Below, in pieces: positions 49,658 to 58,471 of a stretch of DNA of 63,595 nt; position 1 is the stretch's first letter, and the number at the start of each line of letters is the position of its first letter. Below the pieces are notes generated by a model. It did not search any database. It was not told the origin of the DNA and saw only the letters and a program-made list of their open reading frames with translations. The stretch lies in the IMG/VR virus record IMGVR_UViG_3300028549_001550, one strand, 5' to 3'. The DNA comes from a virus. The position numbers were made by a program, and so were the translations under genes.

Positions 49658-51229
49658 ATGCTTTTATTTGCAGAGAATTTTGACGACGAAACCATTGCAT
49701 CTTTAACCGGTTTTGTAATTGGTGCTACAAGCACGATACAACCTGTAGTTGGAAAGATCAATTCTTCAGCCATGATTTTAGGTGGTTCGTTTAGAAAAAC
49801 AGTAAAATCTTCTAAACGACTTGTCTTTGGTGGGTATTTTAAGGTGGAAGAGGCATATCTTTCATCTAATCTATCATACAGCGATAATTACGGAAATAGG
49901 ACTATTGGCTTTGATTTTGGATATGCAGAAGCAGATTATAATAATGCTTCCCATTTTTCAATATATCTAACCATTAATGTTTCCGGCAAAGTGGTTATAG
50001 ATTTTTATACCAAAACCACGACATCCACAGAATATCCTGAGATTGAATCTGCAATAGGATATGTTGATATTCAAAGCGGATATTTTTTAATTGAAATATA
50101 TCTTGATCTTCAGGGTGCTGATTCTTCACAGGGTAGGGTAAAAGTTGCTTTAAACGGGATAACGTATGCAGATATTTCGGGGATAATTACAGGGGATATC
50201 AACAAATGGAACGATGGAGAAAATAGCCCTTCGTCTCACTATAATTTTTTAACTGTCAACTATTCGAAATATATAAAGAACCTTGACAGTATGTATGTCT
50301 GCAACGAAGAATTGTCTTTTCATAATGATTTTATTGGTCCTTATGACATGGCAACATTGAGAGCATCAATAGACGGGGACCAAACGAATTGGGAGAGGCA
50401 AGAGTACGGCCGGGTTCTTGACGTAGGGGACGTAAGACCAAATGTAGAATTTGTAACAAAGACTCCATTCGACAAGCTCAACGCTGAATTTAAAAGCGTT
50501 ACGGCATCCCAAACCCTTACGAGGGATCTGGCCTTTTTTGAGCATCCCAACATCCCGGATACAGCCAATGTGATTGCCGTTTGTCATAAGATCCAGACGA
50601 AAGGCTTAACTGTTCAACAATTAACACAACCATGTATCGTTTGTCCCATTGTCAAGGCATCTGGTGGAGAAATATCTTATCAGCCAGATTACGAACAAGT
50701 GGTTTCCCCTTTTTTATATACCCCCATAATAGCAACCTATGACAAACATCCTGCCTTGGTTACGGATTGGACTCAGGAGTTTTTAAACGGGTCACAATTC
50801 GGATATTGTTTTTTTGAAACAGAAAAGATGGAAGTATTGTCTGGCCTGGGTGGGACAGTAACGAATTGCCGAGCCGGTGACAGTGCATTGATGGTTACAG
50901 ACGGATCAGTAAGTACATATATTTATTCTTCTTCGAGTACAGGCGATGTAACGATCTCTCTTCCAGCCAAGAAGAATATTGCATTGTTTGAAATCATTGG
51001 GACATTATCTGAAACCTATCATTATCTTCATTCCATTTCCATTACTTCAGACAATAAGGCTTGGTACACAATGCCGAGCGATTCAATCAAAAGAGAGACG
51101 GTGGACTCAAAAAATAAATATTCGTGCATCAATGCCTATCCTGGAATTGAAGTGTCTCAAATTAGATTGGGTTTTACAAATGAGATTTATGAAGTGAAAG
51201 CCTATGAATACACAAAAGTGGGGGCATAA
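49658..51229 (+). CDS. Large tail/receptor-binding candidate (523 aa)
   Basis: See above. The sequence is beta-rich and rich in Asn/Ser/Thr/Tyr. Confidence 0.6.
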   Translation: MLLFAENFDDETIASLTGFVIGATSTIQPVVGKINSSAMILGGSFRKTVKSSKRLVFGGYFKVEEAYLSSNLSYSDNYGNRTIGFDFGYAEADYNNASHFSIYLTINVSGKVVIDFYTKTTTSTEYPEIESAIGYVDIQSGYFLIEIYLDLQGADSSQGRVKVALNGITYADISGIITGDINKWNDGENSPSSHYNFLTVNYSKYIKNLDSMYVCNEELSFHNDFIGPYDMATLRASIDGDQTNWERQEYGRVLDVGDVRPNVEFVTKTPFDKLNAEFKSVTASQTLTRDLAFFEHPNIPDTANVIAVCHKIQTKGLTVQQLTQPCIVCPIVKASGGEISYQPDYEQVVSPFLYTPIIATYDKHPALVTDWTQEFLNGSQFGYCFFETEKMEVLSGLGGTVTNCRAGDSALMVTDGSVSTYIYSSSSTGDVTISLPAKKNIALFEIIGTLSETYHYLHSISITSDNKAWYTMPSDSIKRETVDSKNKYSCINAYPGIEVSQIRLGFTNEIYEVKAYEYTKVGA

Positions 51230-52404
51230 TGACTGTTTTCGATATACAGGCAGAAGAACTTTGCCTCCTTTACGAATATAACCAGGGCAATCCATTTAAT
51301 GGGTCAGAATATGTGGAGATTCTTGAGGATGGTATCTCCTTTGTAGATTCAGGGTATATTGTATGGGTTGATATGGTTTCGGATGGTTTGGATTTTTCCG
51401 AAAGTTTTACGCCTGATCACACACCTTATTGCATTATCAAAGACGGCTTTACCTTTGGTGAACTCTTTGGATTGCCAGCACAAGTATCAAATTCCATATT
51501 GAATATAATCCATACTCAGACAGCACGGCCTGTTGATATCTGCTTTTTTGAGCTGGAGGTACTTCACGGGATTGATATTTTTTGGGAAGAGGTGTCAAGC
51601 GGTTTGCATTGCGTGGGGTATGACCAGGGGGTGCCATACCACTGGTTAACCGTGTTTGAATCCTGGGGCTTTGATACTCCTGCCACAATAGTAGCTGTAA
51701 CCTTTTCAGAATCCCTTGACCGGCTCAATATGAGGCACGAAGTGGACCAGCTTTACAACTTCAATAACTCGGTCAATGAACAACTCTTTACCTATGGATG
51801 GCCGTCTATCGCCTGGGGAAAACTCATTGAGGATTGGTATGTTCTGACGGATGACCTTGCACCATACCTTGGCTTTTCCATAACGGAACATCTATTCACG
51901 GACACCATGGCAGGATCCCAATGGATAGGCAACCTCCCCCTGAACTCCACCATGTTTGCCTATGACGTTGACCAGCAGATACAGGGGTTTTCTGAATCCA
52001 TGCTTGAAACCATTGATATGGAAGATTTGATCCAGTCACCCTTTATTGAAAACCTTATGGCATCCCTGGGGATCTCCGGGGACATTGAGAAAACCAACGC
52101 CATCGCAACCTTGATGCTAAAGGAAAACCTGAGAGTCAGCACAACGGTAGCCTTGGGAATGAGCATGGCCTTGGGGATCACTGACAGCATAAAGGTGGTT
52201 GAAGGTTCTGTCCTTGCCATGGTGGTGCAGGATTTTGTTGAAACCCTGCAAGATGGGTTCGGGGTAAGTGTTGAGGCTGCCATGGGTTTTGTCATGTCAA
52301 AGATTATTGATGATACCCTGGCCTGTAACGATTCCCCATTGAATAATTGGTATCTCAATCTACTCCTTGCCGAATCGCTTGGAACAACAGAGGACATAAA
52401 GTAA
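51229..52404 (+). CDS. Virion protein (391 aa, acidic)
   Basis: It is coupled by a TAATG-type overlap. No family recognised. Confidence 0.55.
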   Translation: MTVFDIQAEELCLLYEYNQGNPFNGSEYVEILEDGISFVDSGYIVWVDMVSDGLDFSESFTPDHTPYCIIKDGFTFGELFGLPAQVSNSILNIIHTQTARPVDICFFELEVLHGIDIFWEEVSSGLHCVGYDQGVPYHWLTVFESWGFDTPATIVAVTFSESLDRLNMRHEVDQLYNFNNSVNEQLFTYGWPSIAWGKLIEDWYVLTDDLAPYLGFSITEHLFTDTMAGSQWIGNLPLNSTMFAYDVDQQIQGFSESMLETIDMEDLIQSPFIENLMASLGISGDIEKTNAIATLMLKENLRVSTTVALGMSMALGITDSIKVVEGSVLAMVVQDFVETLQDGFGVSVEAAMGFVMSKIIDDTLACNDSPLNNWYLNLLLAESLGTTEDIK

Positions 52405-52949
52405 TGGGTTTGGTTTTAAATTTCCTCGTTGACGAGGGGCTAAATGTTGAGAATGAGTTTTTAACAGACTCTATTTATTATGTGACCATTGATGACGTGT
52501 TGTCTTTGGTGGTTCTTTTTGAGGCTGTAGGAGATCCATACGTCAATCTTTGCCTTGATACTGATGCTTTGCACCCTTCCATTCACAGTTTGCCCTTATT
52601 CACATCTTTTTGCGAGATTGATGGTGACACCTATGGCACAACGGAAGCAGGGATTCACAAACTTGAGGGAGACACCGACAACGGGCAGATAATACACACC
52701 GGGATAGCATGGTTTAAAACCAACTTTGGGATTTCAAATAAAAAGAAATTCCGGGTTGCTGTCCTGGAGGGAGACATTGACTCAGTGGTAATCAAGGCAG
52801 AAACAGAAACAGGAACAGCAATCTATCCAATTAAAGGAAACCGGGCCGCAATGGGCAGGAATCTAAAGGGCCGGGATTGGGATATCAGGATCATTGATTT
52901 TGACAGGCTGGAGTCATTTGAACTGATTCCTATTGTGGGGGTGAAATAG
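52404..52949 (+). CDS. Virion protein (181 aa)
   Basis: ATG 52404 overlaps the upstream TAA, whereas the track start 52347 would overlap by 58 nt. Confidence 0.5.
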   Translation: MGLVLNFLVDEGLNVENEFLTDSIYYVTIDDVLSLVVLFEAVGDPYVNLCLDTDALHPSIHSLPLFTSFCEIDGDTYGTTEAGIHKLEGDTDNGQIIHTGIAWFKTNFGISNKKKFRVAVLEGDIDSVVIKAETETGTAIYPIKGNRAAMGRNLKGRDWDIRIIDFDRLESFELIPIVGVK

Positions 52950-52950
52950 A

Positions 52951-54540
52951 ATGGGAGAACTGTCAGAACAGGCGTTATGGTTCCGAGGGAAAGCCCCTAT
53001 TACAGAGCAGTTTTCAGAGCAACGGAAAGCCATGCTTGATGTCACAGCTTCCAGGAATTTAACCGGGATACCGGGGCAATTGGTAAGGGCGTCAACAGAC
53101 CTTGAACTAAAGATGCGTCAAGCCCTTTCAAATTTAAGTTATGAGATTGTATCACAGGCCATTGAACGTGAGTTGGCACAGCAAGGGATAAACTATGATC
53201 TTGAATATAAGAACGCAGTAATCCTTTGGGAGATAGACAAGGCCAACCTTTTAGACACCTTGACAAGGGAGATGGCCGATATTGCAAAGGGCCGGGCAGA
53301 TGATGAACACATTCTTTCTGCCCTGGCAATAGAGGTAAGCCTTAGACAGATAGCTTTAATTGCGGCAAAACTTGTGCTGGAACTTGAAACCGAGGCTATC
53401 AAAAAGGAAATGGCTGAAACTGAGGGGGCGAACCTTCCTTACGAGGTGACCCTTGCTCAAGAAAAATTAATCACGGCACAGAAGAAACTTGAAATCATAC
53501 CTCACCTTCAAGCACTTATTGCTGAGGAGGAGGCGCTTCTCCTTGTTGAACAAATAAACGCAGGGTACAGCGAGGATTTGATTGATGAACGATTAGCACA
53601 GATTCCAATTAAAGAAGATACCCTTGGCCTTAAAGAATACTTGCTGACCATGAAGGACAGTCTTACCGCCCCGGGTTTAACCATTGCTGAAAAAAAGGTT
53701 TTACTGGCTGAGGCACGGTTGGATTATGAAACCAGAGCAAGAGATAAGGTTATTCCCACCAATGAAATGATTGTCGCAATAGAGGCACTTAACACAGCGA
53801 CACAGGCGTATATCACAAAAAAGAATGAGATAGTACAGCCATCCTTGGATTATGCCATTAAAATGAATGATTTACTTCAACCCACAAGCGACTACGCAGA
53901 CGCACTGTTAGAAACAAACCCCTTTATCGTTGCCCTGGCAAACAAGAAAATTGAATTGATTGCTCCAAGTCTGGCAAAAGTGACAGCTCTTAAAACCTTG
54001 ATATCTCCATTGACCAAAAAAGCAAAGAAAGCCACAGACTACGCCGAGGAATTGGAGGACCAGAACAAACTTGAAGTTGCCATAAAAGAGATTGCAGAGG
54101 ACATTGAAAAACTCAAAAAGACAGGCGTGGAAGCGGACCTTGCAGTTATGCAAAAGAGGCTTGATGCCAAGGATTATGAGCAAGCCCTTATAGAATTAGA
54201 AGTGGTTTTAAAACAGTTAGACGAAACGAACCGTGCATACCTGTTATCACATGACGCCACAGATACCGTTATCTATGCCACCAGGAAAGAGGAAGCACAA
54301 GCAAATGTCCTTGTAAAAGAGAAGGAGGCATCAACAAAGGGGCTGGATAGTGGGTTTGAAGTTGCACAGATAAAAATGAAATCACAATTCGATAGCGTAA
54401 AAAGAACAGTGGACACCCAAGCCGGGAACGACGGAAGTATTGAAAAAATTAGCCGGATCCATTCTACAGAGAGAACAAGAACAGCGTCAATAGCCGCCGC
54501 CGCCAATATAACAAGTACGCTTATCCATCAAATCAAATAA
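52951..54540 (+). CDS. Coiled-coil virion/internal protein A (529 aa)
   Basis: The sequence is Glu/Lys/Leu/Ala-rich and heptad-like throughout. The C-terminal tail reads AAAANITSTLIHQIK. Confidence 0.6.
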   Translation: MGELSEQALWFRGKAPITEQFSEQRKAMLDVTASRNLTGIPGQLVRASTDLELKMRQALSNLSYEIVSQAIERELAQQGINYDLEYKNAVILWEIDKANLLDTLTREMADIAKGRADDEHILSALAIEVSLRQIALIAAKLVLELETEAIKKEMAETEGANLPYEVTLAQEKLITAQKKLEIIPHLQALIAEEEALLLVEQINAGYSEDLIDERLAQIPIKEDTLGLKEYLLTMKDSLTAPGLTIAEKKVLLAEARLDYETRARDKVIPTNEMIVAIEALNTATQAYITKKNEIVQPSLDYAIKMNDLLQPTSDYADALLETNPFIVALANKKIELIAPSLAKVTALKTLISPLTKKAKKATDYAEELEDQNKLEVAIKEIAEDIEKLKKTGVEADLAVMQKRLDAKDYEQALIELEVVLKQLDETNRAYLLSHDATDTVIYATRKEEAQANVLVKEKEASTKGLDSGFEVAQIKMKSQFDSVKRTVDTQAGNDGSIEKISRIHSTERTRTASIAAAANITSTLIHQIK

Positions 54541-54552
54541 GGGGGGGGGAGT

Positions 54553-56085
54553 ATGAGCATAGAAGATATCATTCTAAGGGGTGTTGACAGGGAAGCCACC
54601 CTATGGAACCCCATAGCGGACACGTTTATATCAATGTTGGATATTGAACAGAGAACCATTTTGTTTGGCTTGTATTCTAATGGCTTTCAAAATGGCTTTA
54701 TATATTTGCAGGAAATATCATCAGAAAAGCTCCTGCAAATCATAGCCCAATACGACAGCAATATGTCACAGCTTGACTCTGACCAACAAAAAACAGTCTT
54801 GGAGGTTGCGTCTAAAAGGTATCTTGATTCCCTGGATCAGATGATACATGAACAGAAAATGGAGGAACTATCCTCTAAAATTGACGCAACAGATAAGGAG
54901 TTTGATGCCAAGTTTGAGGCTTTAGAAGCAGACAGACAAGCTATCGAGACGTTGCAAGTCAAGGCACTCAAGGCCATAGAGGAAACCACGGCAAAGATAG
55001 CAATCCTTGAATCCAGGATTGCAGAAGAAGCCGTCAATAGGAGTGAGGTTGAAATAAGTGTTTTGGAAAAGGCATTGTCTGTTAAGAAGGTGTCTTTGCA
55101 GATAATAGAGGCCGGGGTTAAGGGTTTAAACATTCAGCTTGAAATTCAAAACGCCGCCGTCCAGAACCTTGACCTTGCAGTTGAAAAACATAATTACCAA
55201 CAGCAAGCGGATCAGGTTCCGGCAAACTTAAAAGACATGGAAGCCGAAGGGATAAACATTGACGCAGAGGTTTATAAATCAGGGACAACACGCTCCCTTT
55301 TAGATGCCGATGTAGCAGAGCTTGGGATCCGGACGGTAAAGACAGAAATAGATATTGAGTCAAAGGAGATAGACACCAAACTTTTGGAGGTTGATATCGC
55401 TAAAGCGCTATACAAGACCTCTGAAATTGATGTTGACATTAAAGAGATCCTTGCGAAAACAGAACGGGAGAAGGCCAAAAGGATTGACCTTGAAACTGAC
55501 ACAGCCTTGGTTGATGTTCGCATTGCTGACTTAGAATTGGATGTCAAAAACGTTGCTATCCAATTGTCAGGGATTGAAGTTGATATCGCCATGCTTGATA
55601 TTAAGATCCTACAGACGAACCTTATCAAGATCGACAAGACCATTGCACAGATCAGAAAAGATACAATGGCGTATGAGATCCCCAATAAAAAACAAGCGCA
55701 ACTTGACACCATTGTTAAGGATGTTGAGATACTTAAAACAAGAATAACAGCGTCTAACGAGTACCAGACCATTGAAAAGAATATGCAACTTTCACGTATT
55801 GATAAGCAAGTTGCAGAGCATAATTTTAAAATGTCTATGACAGCAATGGATGAAGAGTTTTCCATTCACAAAGCAGACATTAAAATAGAATCTTACTCAA
55901 AAGACATTGAAATAGCGACAGACCAGAAGAAATATAAACAAGACGAGGACGACGAACAGAAAAGGGTTCCAGAATCACAGATAGACAGCGCACAGACGGC
56001 CCAAAGCGCCGCTATTGATGCCGCCGAGACAATGGCAACGGCAAACATTGTCAACAGTCTTACACACCAAATCGGTGCCGCATAA
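54553..56085 (+). CDS. Coiled-coil virion/internal protein B (510 aa), paralogue of A
   Basis: It has the same composition as protein A. The C-terminal tail reads AAETMATANIVNSLTHQIGAA. Confidence 0.6.
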   Translation: MSIEDIILRGVDREATLWNPIADTFISMLDIEQRTILFGLYSNGFQNGFIYLQEISSEKLLQIIAQYDSNMSQLDSDQQKTVLEVASKRYLDSLDQMIHEQKMEELSSKIDATDKEFDAKFEALEADRQAIETLQVKALKAIEETTAKIAILESRIAEEAVNRSEVEISVLEKALSVKKVSLQIIEAGVKGLNIQLEIQNAAVQNLDLAVEKHNYQQQADQVPANLKDMEAEGINIDAEVYKSGTTRSLLDADVAELGIRTVKTEIDIESKEIDTKLLEVDIAKALYKTSEIDVDIKEILAKTEREKAKRIDLETDTALVDVRIADLELDVKNVAIQLSGIEVDIAMLDIKILQTNLIKIDKTIAQIRKDTMAYEIPNKKQAQLDTIVKDVEILKTRITASNEYQTIEKNMQLSRIDKQVAEHNFKMSMTAMDEEFSIHKADIKIESYSKDIEIATDQKKYKQDEDDEQKRVPESQIDSAQTAQSAAIDAAETMATANIVNSLTHQIGAA

Positions 56086-57467
56086 TGACGGAAACTGATT
56101 TTTTTGCAAGGAGTTTAAGGCTCCCAGATATAAACACTCTGAAAGACGGTCAAATGTCCGGGGCCTTATCCGGGCGCATGGCTCAACTTTTCGAGATGCT
56201 AAATGAAAACAATACCGTTTCCCAGGCACCCATCATGGTTGACCCTGGGGACCATATCCGGATAGGTGACGATGGCACCCCTGGTTTAGCCCTGTCTCTC
56301 CCCATTGCATATGACATTTGGTATCTTTGGCATACTGTTAATGTTCTTCCGGCAGACGACCAGGACAGGGCCTTGTTTGTTGATCTGGTGTTGAATCCAT
56401 TTCTCCTGGAGCTTGGAGGGTTGAAACCTCTCCGGACACTCGCAAAAAGTAACTTGGTCCCTGGTGAGATCACAAACGGATCATTCTTTGAGAAAAACGG
56501 ATATTATTACATAAAGGAAATGAGGTTTGAGACTTTTTTAAAAGACAAAGCTCCAGAGCACACATCCCCAGGGCCGAAAAGAATAAACGAACCAGGGAAA
56601 GACCAGGACGGTTCCGGGCCTGGAGATATCTATTCTGCTTATCTTGCTTTTCCAGTAGGGCCGCTTGGAGTTATGGAAGATATTTCCCTGGTGTATGAGA
56701 GCATGGCCCATGAAGGGGAATATGATAGCTCTTATGACGCAGTTCCAGGCAAGGGGTTACTACCGCCCAAGGAATCGTTAAGCGTTAAATGCAAAGGCTT
56801 TCCTCTGTTTGAAAAGGCATATCTTCCAACAGGTCTTGATACTGAATATCCAGCCGCAGCAATGAACGGACATGACACCATTTCACCTCACCATTGGCTT
56901 AGGTATTGGATAGCAAAAGACAGCGTTTATCCTATCCCTGGGGAGTTTGTAGGGATATCAGTAAAGCCCTTGGCTATCCCTCCCCATTGCTGGTGGTTCC
57001 AGGAGACAAGCCCCTTTTTATACTCTGGAAACTGGTTTGAAACAGACTATTATACATCGGGAATAATAATAGCTGTTATTGAGTATATAAATAAAACTCA
57101 ATATGTGGTATCAAAAGTTTCAGGAAAACACCCCCAAAGAACGGGGACAAGGGACCACATTCTTTCAGAAGGAACGGAGTTTTCGTTTGATATGGTGGGC
57201 AATATTTATAAGGTTCGCGTCAAGGACCAAGATTTGTATTTGCAATCGACAGACTTTAAAGAATATTTCGTTGATGACCGGGTGGCAATCATTAAAAGAT
57301 TTGAAACACATTCTGAAAACTTTAAGTGGACAGGGTTGTCACCGGGGAAGTTAATTCCGGGGCAGGGGGTTGAATCTCTCCAGAATTATGACATCCAAAC
57401 ATCCGGAAGTCTTTTCCAACTCAACAAATCATGGGTTATTGCACCCATAACTTTTTATAAGGAGTAA
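56085..57467 (+). CDS. Virion protein (460 aa)
   Basis: It has an ATAATG overlap with the upstream gene. No family recognised. Confidence 0.55.
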   Translation: MTETDFFARSLRLPDINTLKDGQMSGALSGRMAQLFEMLNENNTVSQAPIMVDPGDHIRIGDDGTPGLALSLPIAYDIWYLWHTVNVLPADDQDRALFVDLVLNPFLLELGGLKPLRTLAKSNLVPGEITNGSFFEKNGYYYIKEMRFETFLKDKAPEHTSPGPKRINEPGKDQDGSGPGDIYSAYLAFPVGPLGVMEDISLVYESMAHEGEYDSSYDAVPGKGLLPPKESLSVKCKGFPLFEKAYLPTGLDTEYPAAAMNGHDTISPHHWLRYWIAKDSVYPIPGEFVGISVKPLAIPPHCWWFQETSPFLYSGNWFETDYYTSGIIIAVIEYINKTQYVVSKVSGKHPQRTGTRDHILSEGTEFSFDMVGNIYKVRVKDQDLYLQSTDFKEYFVDDRVAIIKRFETHSENFKWTGLSPGKLIPGQGVESLQNYDIQTSGSLFQLNKSWVIAPITFYKE

Positions 57468-57472
57468 ACCAG

Positions 57473-58471
57473 ATGAATTTAGATTCGATACTTGATAAGG
57501 CGTGGAGCTTTTTAGATAAATCAATGCAGAGCAAACGGGAACAATCGTTAGCAGAAGGAGAACGCCTTAGTGCCGTTGAGTCTGAAAAAGAAAAAACAAA
57601 ACGGATGGAGTTATCTTCCCTGGAAAAAATACAAGCGCTTGTAAATCAGGGTGCAATAAACAAAGAGGAGCTTGTCAACCAGGGGTTACTATCCAAACAA
57701 CAGTTGGAAAACTCAGGGTTGATGGATAGGCAGGAGCTTGTCAACCAGGGTGAATATAAAAGACAGGAACTTGTCAACTCTGGATCTTTGGCTAAACAAA
57801 AGCAAAGTGACTCGGGGGCATTGGAGAGGTCTAAACTTGATTCAGAAACATCGCTTGGAGTGGAGAGGCTTAGGGGGAACACTACAAGAGATACCACAAC
57901 CGCAACCATGAAAATGTTTAACGATGACGGCACCCCTGCAAATGATAGGATTATTCGTCCAGCCAGAGACACAAACATTAGATCAGAAGTGATCACGCCA
58001 GAACAGAGCGCTATATTTAACCCTTCATCGGAACAGATAGATAATCCTACAAAGAAAGAACCATTATCATTGGTTCCAGAGGCAGGAGTGGCAAGACATC
58101 CAACGGCTCGATCTATGAATGCTCTTCCTGGTGGGCCTGGGAGTGGAATGACACCACAGGAAACTCTTTACCCGGTTCCACGGCAGGAGCCGGAGACATT
58201 ATACCCGGTTCCCCAGGAGCCGGAAACTCTTTATCCGGTCCCCCAGGAGGAAACTCTTTATCCGGTCCCACAGAACAGCAACCGTCAGATGATGCCGCTT
58301 CCTTCCAAGGAAACTCTTTATCCCGTTCCCCAGGAGGAAACCCTTTATCCGGTCCCACAGACAAAAAAGAAGAAACCACATACATCCAAGGAAACCCTTT
58401 ACCCTGTTCCACAGCAGGAAACCCTATACCCGGTTTACCCGACCAACAATAAAAGAAAGAGGATGTTTTAA
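57473..58471 (+). CDS. Repeat protein with (E/Q)LVNQG-type N-terminal repeats and eight ETLYPVP(Q) C-terminal repeats
   Basis: The N-terminal repeats read QALVNQGAINKEELVNQGLLSKQQLENSGLMDRQELVNQGEYKRQELVNSG. The C-terminal repeats begin QETLYPVPRQEPETLYPVPQEPETLYPVPQEETLYPVPQ... The stop overlaps the giant-gene ATG. Confidence 0.7.
   Translation: MNLDSILDKAWSFLDKSMQSKREQSLAEGERLSAVESEKEKTKRMELSSLEKIQALVNQGAINKEELVNQGLLSKQQLENSGLMDRQELVNQGEYKRQELVNSGSLAKQKQSDSGALERSKLDSETSLGVERLRGNTTRDTTTATMKMFNDDGTPANDRIIRPARDTNIRSEVITPEQSAIFNPSSEQIDNPTKKEPLSLVPEAGVARHPTARSMNALPGGPGSGMTPQETLYPVPRQEPETLYPVPQEPETLYPVPQEETLYPVPQNSNRQMMPLPSKETLYPVPQEETLYPVPQTKKKKPHTSKETLYPVPQQETLYPVYPTNNKRKRMF
58160..58441 (+). 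repeat. Eight irregularly spaced copies of the 21-nt unit GAAAC(T/C)CTTTA(C/T)CC(G/T)GT(T/C)CC(A/C) encoding ETLYPVP
   Basis: Read directly. The copies are synonymously diverged, and spacers are 3-9 nt for most copies, with two longer ones. Confidence 0.85.
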
